64,000 nucleotides of DNA, taken from the human T2T-CHM13v2.0 reference genome, Homo sapiens. Every line of letters starts with the position of its first letter. Position 1 is the stretch's first letter. The notes under the pieces were generated by a model. It ran no database searches. It was not told the DNA's origin and was given only the letters and a program-made list of their open reading frames with translations. Positions 15,661 through 28,230 of this stretch are shown here, one piece after another. The translations under genes were made by a program, and so were the position numbers. The stretch is taken from NCBI RefSeq assembly GCF_009914755.1, contig NC_060928.1, one strand, 5' to 3'.

Positions 15661-17620
15661 TTTTTTATAGCCCTTTAAGTTACATTTTTTTGGATGAACT
15701 CTTTAAATTCATTAAAATCAACTACCCACTATTTAATTGCTCCTAAGACACACAGTCTTAATACATTTTACAGTCACTGAATTTGGGATTTGTCCTAATG
15801 ACATCATACAACAATTGAAGCTTTTTTCCCTTTCAGTGCTACCTAAAATGGTGGTGCAGCAATATCAATAATGATTTTTACATTTGATGAATTACTTATG
15901 TTTCAATGTTTTGGAAACTGGCACTCAGTTTCAGTACTTGTGAAATAAGAGAACTGGACCATGAAATACGATAAATAAAAACAACTTTTTTCCCTCTAGT
16001 AATGGATGTGTTTTAGATGAGTTAAGTTTCACTTGAGTGGAAAAAAATATGAGTAGGTCTATTGCTTGGAAAAGAGTGTATCCCATTGGCATTTGACAAC
16101 ATATGTATTAATTGAATTAATCACTGCTAAAAATAAAACCTACTAAGGGTATGTTATTATTTTACTTGTCACTTTAAGGAAAAATAGTTCGGTCTCATCA
16201 TCTGTCACCCATGTCAGTTAATTGTAGTGCTAAGTTTCATATTACAATAAAAGTGTGATGGTTAAACATACAATATTTTAATTTAATTCAGAGGTGCCTC
16301 AATTGCAGGCAGTGCTCACTCTCTACTTCTCTTCCTGATCTTAGCTTATCATCATAAAGATCAAATCTAATAACTCTTTTTCCTCTTACTGCTTATTTAT
16401 TGATAGACTTACTCCTTTAAATATTTAATATTACTAGAATATTTAAGATTTTTAAAATAAAATATGAGCTTTTTAAGCATCTAGTATCTTCATCTATAAA
16501 TTTCAAGATTAATCTAAATTGTATTAGCAGTAAAATATCTCATTAAATACGTTTATGACCATGAAATTGGAAGTTTGGACAGTTTATTTCTTATATACTC
16601 CTATAATTTTAAACTAATATAGGTAGTTTCTCTCCTTAAATTTTTCATGTTCAAGACAAAGATGCTATAAATAAAAGTTGTAGAAGTATAGTATCTTATT
16701 TAAAAGTAATGATGAGCCTCTTAAATGATTCCAAGGCCATTTAATTTTGACATTACATTGTATTTATGTTGATGGTTTGAGTGATCATTTGATATAAATT
16801 TGTTCTGAGAATCAATAAAGGAAATAGAGGAACTAATTATTCAAACTTAATAGTATCATTGCAAATTATAGTATGTACAAAATTCTTATTTACCTCTTAA
16901 TAGTCTGCTTATTTTTTCTACAATAAATGATGCGGTAAAGGAAAACTATAATCAATTCACTGGATAACATGAACTCTTCTCTTCTTTACAGAGTATTTTG
17001 GGGAGAATAAAATCTACTTAAAATATATAATTTGTGTTCAATTTCTTCTCTTGCTAGCTGTAACATTAGCTAACTTGTTTATTTGCTCTTTAAAAAGTTA
17101 ACTTTATTATGACTTTTAAATAAATGTATACTCATTTTAATACATTTGAAAAACATAGACACTATAAGGGAAAAATGAAATATTCATTAGTTCTATTACT
17201 TGATACAACCACAGATAACATTTTGGTTAATTTTTTTTTCATTACTTTTCCTAGGTGTACATACCCATACATGTTCATAATATTATATTGTATGTGTTTC
17301 TGTAATTTGATTTTGTAATACTCTTATGTTTTACCTTGAACTTATCTCAGGTTTCTAAATTTTACTTTAAACATTTGCATAATATTTCATCATTGGTCAC
17401 TTAGGTTTCTTCCATTTTTTTTTTGGTCTTATAAGTGGATATAATTATCAGTGAACATGACAGTGGAAAGAGTACGAACTTTAGAGTCAGACCTATGCAA
17501 GTTTCAGCTCTGGATATAACTGTTTCTGGATTTGTAACTTTATGCTATTCAGTTTCTCCATTCATAAAATAGAGATAATGCTGGCCTTAAATTATTTAAA
17601 TATTAGAATTATTATGGTAA

Positions 17621-18542
17621 TGAAGCAGGGTATTTTCTTGACACCTTCAAGGGACTCAGGACAGGGGTGCCTCATTTATTCAGCCTGCCCCTGTCTACCC
17701 CTTGTGGGAGGGAGTGTGTGAGCAAACGAGTGCTGGAACCAGAGCGAGTGCTTTTGGGTGTTGGCAGGAACAAACTCCATTTACTTGGCTCACCATGCTC
17801 AGCCCCTTGTGGGAGGGAGCAGGTAGGCAAGCAAATATGGGATCCAGTCAGCTGCTTTTGGGCACCAGCAATAGCAAACTCCATGTGGGTCCCGTGGCAG
17901 CATCTAGGTGGGGGTGCCTATGACCCCCTGAAACCCCAGAGGGTGTGTTGCAGTGCTCTTTCAGCTCTGCCATCAGTGGATGGCTCAAATCTTAACAGCT
18001 CAGTGGGCCCTTCACCCTTTTGCATGAGGTGGCTGCCCTCTGCCAGCGAGGGCAAAGGGCCAGTGTGACAGCCTTTTGTATCCACACTCATGGCTCCTGA
18101 GCTCTGGTCTGGTGTCCAGGAAAAATGAAGTCACGTGAATGAATTAAAGGATGGTAACTGTGGGGAATTTTATTGTCAATGAAAGTGGCTGTCAGTGGGA
18201 AGAGAAGCTGAGAAGGGCACAGGGCGGATAATCATCTTCCCATGAAGTCTGACCATCTCCTGCCAGATTTTTCTCCGAAGTTACACTGTCAAGCTGTCCC
18301 TCTGAAGTCAAGCTGCTTCTCTTTGATGTCCTACCATAGTCCTATCTACTGGCTGAGTCTGGAGTTTTTATAAACACAGGATAGGGCAGGGTGGGGCCAT
18401 GGGTTGTTTAGGAAAAGGCAACATTTGAGCGGGTAAACAGGGATAGAAGTTCTCACTTTGGGCCTCAGTTTCAGGCTTTGTGACTGAGGGTGGGGTTTCG
18501 CTGCCCTTTCTGCCTAGAATTTCTCTGCCTCCGTCCCTATCA
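17621..18542 (-). mobile_element. ERV1-class solo LTR (LTR28/LTR27-like), inserted in a MIR
   Basis: TG...CA termini, 4-bp TSD gtaa, minus-strand TATAAAA near 18365-18371 and AATAAA at 18169-18174. Confidence 0.85.
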
Positions 18543-18669
18543 GTAACAGCATTTTCATAGAACCCAGTTGATAGTAGGTACTAAATCACTATCAGTATCA
18601 TGATGGTAAATGGTAGTGATTACTCTTTGATTATGCAGAATTCATTTACTGAATTCAGAATTCTGTCTT

Positions 18670-19140
18670 GAAATTTATGGTCCTTGCTTTGGATAAATTT
18701 TTACAAAATAAATTACTAAGAAAAAAGTGGTTACGATGTCGACATTTTAAAGACTCCAGTCATATATCCAGATTGCTTTCCAGAATGTTTATGTCAATTC
18801 ATGCTTCCAACAGCAGTGTAAGAATGTGCTTTTTGCTGCATACTCTTGAGCACTGAATATTATTAAAAATTATACTGATTTACTTAACAGAAACTCTTGT
18901 TGTTTTAATTTTCATTTATTTGATCACCAGTGAAGTTAGTGATTATTTTTATGGCTGTGGTTGTCTTCTGTGTATTGTATGATCTTGTCCATTATTTAAT
19001 ATTTTTCTTTCCAATTTATACGTGCTCTTTGTATTTTAAGGCCATTAACACTTTCTTCTATTTCTAAAAATATATTATTTTTAGCTTGGTATTTAATTTG
19101 ACTTATAACATTTTTAATCATTCATTTTTTATAGAAGAGT
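18670..19140 (-). mobile_element. Old L1M (L1ME-like) remnant
   Basis: ccagattgctttccagaatg...ttccaacagcagtgtaagaatg. Confidence 0.65.
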
Positions 19141-20140
19141 CATTTCAAATATCATTTTTTTTCATGCTGAATCTTATCAGCTACCTTTACTGACTCCCTG
19201 CAGCCCTTGTCAGACTAGCTTTCAGGACTCCTCATGTATCCCTCATTGCCTTCCCAACTCTGTCCTGAAATCACTGATGCAGGCTGACTTACCTGTTGTC
19301 TGCCTTTTGTAGACTCCTTTTATGTTCTTAACATGATCTGCTTGCTGTATTTCTTACCTTTTCCTTTGCTTCACATCTCTGTGAAGACTGAGTAAAGCTG
19401 TAATACCTGATTAAGGCACAGTTTAGCACTTAATTGTTTTATTTTATAATTCTTTTTTTTCGCTAATTAGGTTAGTCTTCCCAGCTGTATTGAAACTTGC
19501 TTCAGAGCAGCGTTTATAGTTTGTACCTTTGTATGTCCCCAAATCTCCTAGCACAGGCAGGGAACATAATAAGCATTCAGTGAGTTAATTTTTGTAAATG
19601 CAGATAATTGCCTGATTCCCACCACTCTCCCAAACACACAAATAGACACACATTTATTTTTACCTAGCAACAGAGAAGTTAAGAGAAATGAACCGTAAAG
19701 GGTTTGGAACAAATATTTTGGAGTTTATTGCATTCTGTTTTCTCAGTTGTGCTCTGAGTCAGACAGATTACACATAGCCCAAGATATAGCCAGGAAACCA
19801 CTTCACTAACTGTAAAGAGCCAACAGACTTCACAAGGACGAAACTTCCAGTTTGTTATTTACGGTGCCACAAAAGGTATTGGGCTACTTCAGGCTCCAAG
19901 GTCTCCTCAGGATGTGGGCTTTGGTGGTGGAGCAGGTGAGTAGGAGGGGCATGTGTCCTCAGCCAGAATATAGATAGGACCCAGAATATTGATTGGGTGT
20001 CAAGGAGGACAGAACCATTAACTCTGTCCAGGAAGTTGCCTTGAGCGTTCTCAGAGATTGAGGTTTTTGTCTGGAGACTTGGATAATTTAGTGATCAAAT
20101 CTGAACTCTTTTCATTTTAATAAATAAAATCTTAATTTCC

Positions 20141-20455
20141 TTTTGTTTTTGTTTTTTTTTTTTTTTTTTGAGACGGGGTCTCATCCCGTCACCCAGGCTG
20201 AAGTACAGTGGTGCAGTCACGACTCACTGCAGCCTCCCTTCCTGGGCTCAGGTGATCCTCCCACCTCAGCCTCCCAAATAGCTGGGACTACAGGCATGCG
20301 CCACCATGCCTGGCTAAATTTTTTTTTTTGGTATTTTTTGTAGAGGTGGGATTTCACCATGTTGCCATTCACCATGTTGCCAAGGCTGGTTTTGGACTCC
20401 TGGGCTCAAGCAATCCACCCACCTCCCAAAGTGCTAGGACTACAGGCATGAGCCA
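20141..20455 (-). mobile_element. AluJ with an internal 15-bp tandem duplication
   Basis: ttcaccatgttgcca twice at 20353-20382. Confidence 0.92.
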
Positions 20456-22363
20456 ATTTGTTTTTTAAAATATCATGGTATTAAAAAGAAGATGATATTA
20501 TAATACCTAACCTGTTTTGGTTTTATTTCATGATTTCTCCCAAAGATTTATAGACAATGTCATTGAAAGAAAATGTTTTACCTTTCTTTCTAAATTTTTT
20601 ACCAGGTATCTATTGCTGTTTTCAGTTGTTTCTGTGACATTTCCCACATATAATCAAAATGAGGTTTAGTAATTGGTGCTTTTTGTTTCTATTAATTCTA
20701 TCTGTATAACAGGTCATTGAAATCCATAGTGGCTTAAAAACACAGTAACAATTTTACGATCTTTTCCAGTTTCTGGGGTCAGGAATTTGTGTAGGGTTTG
20801 GCTATTTGCTTCTGGGTTAGGGTATCTCCTGCATTTTGCAGTCAGGCAGCGACTAGAGTTGGAATAGCAAGTGGCTGAAGTAGCTGGGGCTAGTCAGACA
20901 CTTCTCACTTTTCATATAACCTCAGGGTCTGGCCGTGTGGTCCCTTCACATGGGCTAATTTGGGCTTCCTCATAGCATGGCAGCCCCAAGGCAGTCAGAC
21001 TGCTAATATATATGGCAGCTGAATATTTAAAGAGAGAATACTGTATTACAGTGAGCAAGGTGAGAGCTGCATTGACTTTTATGATCCAGTCTCTGAAATC
21101 AGATAGCTTCATTTATGCCATGGTCAGAAATTCAAGGTGAGGTAATATAGACTCCAAGGCTTGAGTGTCAGAGTTATATGTAAGAAACAACATGTGGAAT
21201 GGGAAAAATCATTGGGGTCATCTCAGGAAAATATAATCTGCCACAGTCCATCCTCTAACCACAACCACTTATATAGCTCTCCTACATGCAAAATACACTC
21301 ATTTCTGCCCTCAAACCCCCCATGTCTTATTCCATTACTGCATTAGTTTCAAGTTCAGCGTTTTGTCTTCCAAATCAATTCCAGACGCAGATAAGGCTCC
21401 TTGGCTAAGGCTTCTTGAATATTGAAAGCCTTTGAATTAAGGTTCTTTGGAAAACCTTTGAACTAAAAAGATAAGTCATCTGCCTTTCACACACTAAACA
21501 TTCAATGGTGGGGCAAGCATAGGAAAATTCTATAGTTCTTTCTGTTCAAAAGGGGGAAAATGAGAGGCTGTTATATTCCATACTGACTCTGAAACCCAGT
21601 TGGTCATGTTGCCATTTGCTGAATGAGTAATCAGTCCATCTCCTGGGAATTGTTCTCTGTGGTGCTTGGCTCCTCCTGTTTGTTCTCTGGTTTCCATCTT
21701 CTGATTCATCATTCTTTTTCCAAAAAACATGACCTGTATTTGTAGCTGATAATTTCCTCTGCCTTTTTCTTGGGAATGGAAATTTGGGTGTCCAGAGGTC
21801 ACTTTTAATTTTGTATTGTCTTTGTTTCCTTTCAGTTCCAGGTGTTACAGTTTTAAAATTTTGAGGGTGTCTTATGCATCAATTTATAATCTACCCCATT
21901 AGCAAAAGCCATGCCCTTACATTTTTGAAATAATCACTTCTTTACCAGAGATTCCCTGTGAGGCTGTGATGGGATAACACCCTGATGGTTCTGGTAGTTA
22001 GGTTGTTGAGCAGAAAAAGTCAGCTACATATGCCCTTAATATCTTTAGAAGGCTTTTGTCTGTCTTAAAGGATGTATAAGGTGCCATCATATTGGTGTTA
22101 AAGGGTTTTGGTAGTCACACCCTTACTTTTATTTGTAAACCAAGTCTTTCTGACTATACCTCGTATTTTATTTTTCCCTTGAAGCTCTTTCTTATTTTGA
22201 GACTGTTTTGTTCTCTGGAGTGACAGGGAATGCAAAATAGTTTTATTTTCAAACCCAGCAAGATGCCTTTTTTTTTTTTTTTTAGTTCCTTTAAATTTTG
22301 CTGAATTTGAAGTTTCTTTGTAAACTCATCTATCTCTGTCCATGTGTTATAAGAAGCAAAAAT

Positions 22364-22640
22364 GGCCAGGCACAGTGGCTCACGCTTGTAATCCCAGCAC
22401 TTTGGGAGGCCGAGGCGGGCAGATCATGAGGTCAGGAGTTTGAGACCAGCCTGGCCAACATAGTGAAACCTTGTCTCTACTAAAAATACAAAAATTAGCT
22501 GGGCATGGTGGCGCGTGCCTGCAGTCCCAGCTAGTCAGAAGGCTGAGGCAGGAGAATCGCCTGAACCCAGGTGGCGGAGGTTGTGGTGAGCGGAGATTGC
22601 ACCACTGCATTCCAGCCTGGGCAACAGAAGAAAAAGAAAA
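22364..22640 (+). mobile_element. AluSg/Sx within the MLT1 internal region
   Basis: TSD aagaagcaaaa. Confidence 0.93.
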
Positions 22641-23549
22641 GAAGCAAAAGGAAGCCAGGTGCTCCTTTCGGTATTCTACTTGGAAATATTCTTAGCTAGG
22701 TAGTTGGAGTTTTATTAGGTATATTTTCTATTTTCAACATCACTATGGGCAATGGTATTGCTATTTTTTTTCTAGTACATAACAAGAATCTCTACCTTCC
22801 AATAACTTAATCCTCATTTCTCTGAAGCCCACACAGCCATATTTCTTGAGGCCCATTGGCTTTCACTAACAATCTCTTGCAGGCCCTTCTGTCTTCCATA
22901 TGCTGTCCAGTTCCAAGGCCAATGCCACATGTTTTGAGTATTTTTTTTATTATAGCACTCACTTCTGCTATCAAAGTATGTTCCAGTTATCTACTGCTTT
23001 TTAACAAATAACCATAAAACTTAGTAGATTAAAACAACAAAACAATTTTATCACCTTTTAAGGTTTCTGTGGGCCAGGATTTTTGGCAGGCATCAACTGG
23101 GCAATTCTAGTTTAGGGTCTCTCATGCATTTGCAGTCAGATGGTGTCTGCATTTGGAACAGTGACAGGCTGAATCAGCTAGGTGCTGTCCAGGCATCTCT
23201 TTATTCGTGTAGTTTCAAGGTCTCTCTAGTTTTTCCACATTGGATGGTTTGGCCTTTCTGCCAGCATAGTGTACTCTGGATAAGCAGACTGCTAAAGTGG
23301 TAGTGAAAGACTTCAAAAACACATTCTGGTGAGTAAGGTGGTGTTGAATGAAATTTTATGACCTGCCTTTCACACACCAAACATTTATTGGTGGTACGAG
23401 CATGGGAAATCATATAATATCACATTTGTCATAGACATAAGCTTATCAGGATCTAAGTAGAAAGAACTTAGAACCCACCTCTCAATGTGAGGAGTCTCAA
23501 AGACAACAGAAGAAGAACATTTCGAATGGGAGAGATTGTAGTGGCCATC

Positions 23550-23728
23550 TGTATTGGTCTGTTCTCATGCTGCTAATAAAGACATACCTGAGACTGGGTA
23601 ATTTATAAAGAAAAAGAGGTTTAATGAACTCACAGTTCCACATGGCTGGGGAGGCCTCACAATCATGGCAGAAGGGGAAGGAGGAGCAAAGGCACACCTT
23701 ACATGGTGGCAGAGCAAGACACCATCAC

Positions 23729-23770
<42 letters not shown>

Positions 23771-24005
23771 AAGGTAAGAGTAGAAGTTGTCATCATTTTA
23801 GCTCATATGCAGTGAATTCCATGACCAATAGATTGTGCAGAAAATCTGTCTACTTCTTTGTCTTACTCACTATCATGAGAACAACACAGGAAAACCCACC
23901 CCTATGATTCAGTTACCTCCCACGGGGTCCCTCCATGACACGTGAGGATTATGAGAGCTACAGTTCAAGATGAGATTTGGTTTGGGAGACAGCCAAACCA
24001 TATCA
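23550..24005 (-). mobile_element. THE1 (C/D-like) solo LTR nested in the MLT1 LTR, carrying a foreign insert
   Basis: tgtattggtc...cagccaaaccatatca; perfect 5-bp TSD ccatc. Confidence 0.92.
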
Positions 24006-25178
24006 CCATCTTTGCAAAAATAAAAAAATTAAAAAGAAATCATCCATACTTCTTTGTATCCAATCTTTACAGGTCAACTCCAAAGTTAATAGACTGTAGG
24101 TATAGATGTTGACAGACACAGAATCTTTTATGTTAAAAAAAAACTTACACATATTTTTGTTTTCATCCTCAAGTTTTACTATATAAACATCTAGTGAACT
24201 TCTATAGTATTTAGTGAATCAAATTTGAAGTTCTCTGGCAAAGCCAAAATTATGACTGTGGGTGGTGCATGTTTTAAGTTATATCAGGTTCTCAGACATG
24301 CAGAATTTTTAAGTGGCAGTAGTTTTAACTGGCCAGGTATAGAAACCTTGTGTTTTTGTAAGAAAAGAGGAAAAATATCCCTTTAAAGTGAAGAAAAATT
24401 ACATCTCTTTCTAAAATCTAGCTTTGTATAAGTATTGACAGATTGTCCCAGTGATTCTCAAAATTCATCTTTTCAAATATCAAGAACCACATGGTTAAAC
24501 TTCATAAAAATGAATAGTGAAAACTTCATTTAAGGCGACGAATGTGCAGCTGCCAGCATCTCCTTTCTTCTTGGCCACACCAGCTTGGCTAATCTTCTGT
24601 CACTACATATGTGGGCCACGTGTGCTTTGGAAAATGTTGGACTGTTTCGGATGTTTAGTCTGCATAGGCTGGATCCTGCTCACTGCATCTTATTACTCCG
24701 GTTTCCCCTTTGCTTTCAGCAGCAACACTATCCAGCTAGTTTTTGTGGGGGTACCAGGTATGCAGCAACTTGTGAAAACCAAGGAGCAGAAAACTGCTAC
24801 CTGCCTGAAACACAAATATATCTTCACAGGGCTGTCAGGAGACGATCTTCCCTGTAGCTCTCTTAAAAGGATTAAAGGTGATATCAAATGAATGGAAAAT
24901 ACCAGAATAAGTCATCACAGTTCACTGCAATTATTACTGTACCTAAGAAAGCACACCACTTTTTGGCAGTTGAACAGGCCACTGATAAGATTTATTCATC
25001 ACAAAATTGAAGGCAGTGTTTCTTTGTGAATTAACTATAGTTTGAATGATTTTCTAAAATATAGGCAAAGCATGGTTATAATAGAATAAGTTAAGTTCCA
25101 AATAGGATTACTTATTTCATGTTGTAGCCCTAATTTTGCCTCAACCACTCACCCTCTGGTAAATTCCTCTGTGATATA

Positions 25179-25575
25179 CAACAGGTCCTCAAGTAATGCC
25201 TTGTTCAGCATTGTTTTCTTCAGTGACATTGATGAGAAAAAAAATTGATTCCCAGCCAAGGCCCCTCTTTGTATGGAGTCTGGCTTTCTCCCCATGTCCG
25301 TGTGGGTTTCCTTTAGGTACTTCAATTTTCTTCCACATCCTAAAGATGTGTGCATTAGGTGAATTGGCATATGTGCATTGTCCCAGTCAGAATGAGTGTG
25401 GGTGTGTGCGTGCATTCTGTGAGGTAATGGTGTCCTGTCCAGAGTTATTTCCCGCCTTGCACCCTGAGCTACTGAGATAGGTTCTGGCCACCCAAAACCC
25501 TGAATTGGAATAGGTGGGTTGGAAAAATTAGTGAATGAATGAATACAAATCATTGTCAAATCAAAGTTTGTAACA
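25179..25575 (+). mobile_element. MER6-type (TcMar-Tigger) element, truncated
   Basis: TA+caacaggtcctc terminus; ttgatgagaaaaaaaattgattccc; ttctccccatgtccgtgtgggttt. Confidence 0.85.
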
Positions 25576-25633
25576 ATATAGTCTACTAGACAAGGGAAGA
25601 CAGGTACTTAATACAAGTTGAGAATACTTGGGT

Positions 25634-25829
25634 ATTAGCCGGGCGTGGTGGTGCGGTCCTGTAATCCCAGCCACTCAGGAGGCTGAGGCAGGAGAATCGC
25701 TTGAACCCAGGAGGCAGAGGTTGCAGTGAGCCGAGATTGCATTACTACCCTCCAGCCTAGGTGGCAGAGCAAGACTCCATCACACACACACACGCGCGCG
25801 TACGCGCGCGCACACACACACACACACAC
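25634..25829 (+). mobile_element. Alu right arm with (CA)n(CG)n(CA)n tail
   Basis: Starts attagccgggcgtgg; left arm absent. Confidence 0.9.
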
Positions 25830-26012
25830 AAAGAGTAGAAGTTGTCATTTTAACTCATATACAGTGAATTCCATGACCAATAGATTGTGCAGAAAATTTG
25901 TCTACTACCTTGAAATTCCCTTAGATAAAAAATTGGTAGTGTAATACTTATATATGCAGTTAGGTAAAATATTGCTTTGGGTAGGTAAATAATGGAATTT
26001 CATAAATTTATC

Positions 26013-26176
26013 CTTTCTTTTTTTTTTGAGATGAGGGTTTGCTCTATTGCCCAGTTTGGAGTGCAGTGGCGCAATCACTGCTCACTGCAGCCTTGAACTC
26101 CTGGGCTCAAGCAATCATCCTTCCACCTCAGCCTCCCAAAGCACTGGGATTACAGGCATGAGCCACCATGCCCAGC
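26013..26176 (-). mobile_element. FLAM/FAM monomer
   Basis: Monomer; TSD aaatttatc. Confidence 0.85.
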
Positions 26177-27257
26177 AAATTTATCTTCTATTGAATGGTT
26201 GAATTTTTAATTAAATTTCTTCAAGTAGTTAGCATATTTTAATATTTCTAATAGAAACACGAGGAGAAGCTCTACCAGTGGAACTCTTAGGACTCTCACA
26301 CCACATGATAGTTAAATCAGTTTTTAACTGATTAGCTTGCCTTTCTGAAATGTGACCAGTACTTCATTGCTTTTTATTTTCTTACAATTTAATTTAGCCT
26401 GCTTAGTTTATGGATGATTTCAGCTGTTAAAAAATAAGAACCTAAATTGACACTAAGACTTGGAAAATGTAACCTATGATTAGGAGACTTTATTTTCCAC
26501 TAAATACACTCTAAGGAAAGATATCCTATGTGTTTAATTGAACAATAGAAATGGCAACTGTGCCTGATAAACGTATCTAAATGTTTAAAATCATCATGTA
26601 AACCCATGATGATTCTTAGGTTCCAATAGTTTTAGTAAATCAGCTTCACTTTTCAGAATATTTCCCAGTTGAATTATACAGCTGTAGCTGGTGAACTCTT
26701 ACCAGAATTACATGCTGCAAAATGATATGCCCTTTCAGCAGATAGGCTTAAGAACACAGAGAACACACACTAGTGGAATCCTGGTGGTCAGTCTTAGGAG
26801 GAATCAGAAAGAATAATGTAAGCAAAATGTAGATACTGTGTTACATTTTGAGTATCTTTTCCTCCTAACAGATTCAAAGTTACCCACAAATTATAAGCAA
26901 ATGTATTCCAGAATGCACAGGGAGAATACATAAAAAACAATGAATCTGAGATGGATTTAATTGTGTTGGGTATTTCCAGAAGAACTCATTTTCACCTAAA
27001 TTATTTGAGTTTTTAGAGGCAAGCATTTCAAGAATTGCTTTCATTTTTGTTATTCTTAAAGAGAATTTACTTTAGAAAGAAATGTATCCAAAGGTGTATT
27101 GCCTTTTTTTAAAAAAAAAACAAAACAAACAAACCAAATATTCAGATAGGAATTAAACAATCAGATGCATGACGAAAGTTTCAGGTGAAATCTTTATCTT
27201 CCAAAGGCTGCTTATGTAATTAGACTAAAATTTAAATTTCTTACTGTGGCCTAAATT

Positions 27258-27434
27258 AGTCCTTCTCAACCTTGGCTGCATTATCAGAATTACATGGAGA
27301 ACTTTAAAGAATACTGGCGTCTGCCTTTTACTCCAGCAATTCTGATTTCATTGGTTTGGGATATGTCCTGGGTATCTGGATTTTTAAAAAAGTCCTTGTT
27401 GATATTAATGTGCAGCACGATTTAAGAACCACTG
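27258..27434. mobile_element. MER5-type hAT MITE
   Basis: ttctcaaccttggctgca...tttaagaaccactg. Confidence 0.8.
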
Positions 27435-27517
27435 GCCAAAAACAACCATGCCTTTTGGCCACCATCTCCTTATTTGACATCATCATGTGTCCTCTTTACC
27501 ATTAAAAAAAATTTGTC

Positions 27518-27838
<321 letters not shown>

Positions 27839-27849
27839 CTAAAGATTGT

Positions 27850-28230
27850 TCTTAACCAAGGAACTTTCCATTAGCAGTTTCTTCTGCTTGGAATGCTCTT
27901 CCTACAGGTCTTTACGTGGCTGGCTCTTTCTCACCATTCAGGTGTCAGCTCCAAGGGCTCTGCTTTAAGCAGACATTTTCTGAATTTCCCTGTCTAAAGC
28001 TTTGTTTTCCCAAATATTATCACATTATTCTGTTTAAATTTTATTATTGCTTTTTTTCCCTATTTGTTATTATCACATTCATTTGTTAGTGTTTGTTTTC
28101 CCACTAGTATGTAAAGTCCATGAGAGAAGATACCTGACACGCTGCTTCACCATCATATATCCAACGCTTAAAACTAAGCCTACCACATAGCAGTTGCTCA
28201 ATAAGTGTTTTTTAAACAAATGAATAAAAA
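27850..28230 (+). mobile_element. L2 3' region
   Basis: ttctgcttggaatgctcttcct...gctcaataagtg...aatgaataa. Confidence 0.75.

Larger units (their letters stand above)
20683..24030 (-). mobile_element. Two-LTR MLT1 (G/H-like) MaLR provirus: LTR ~20683-21245, internal ~21246-22978, LTR 22979-~24030
   Basis: Two homologous LTRs (shared gtttctg.gg..caggaattt / gcatttgcagtcag motifs) around MLT-int-like sequence. Confidence 0.8.

Noticed and set aside
17667-18068. 133-aa ORF
   Set aside because: Lies wholly within a GC-rich LTR, non-ATG start, no recognisable domain
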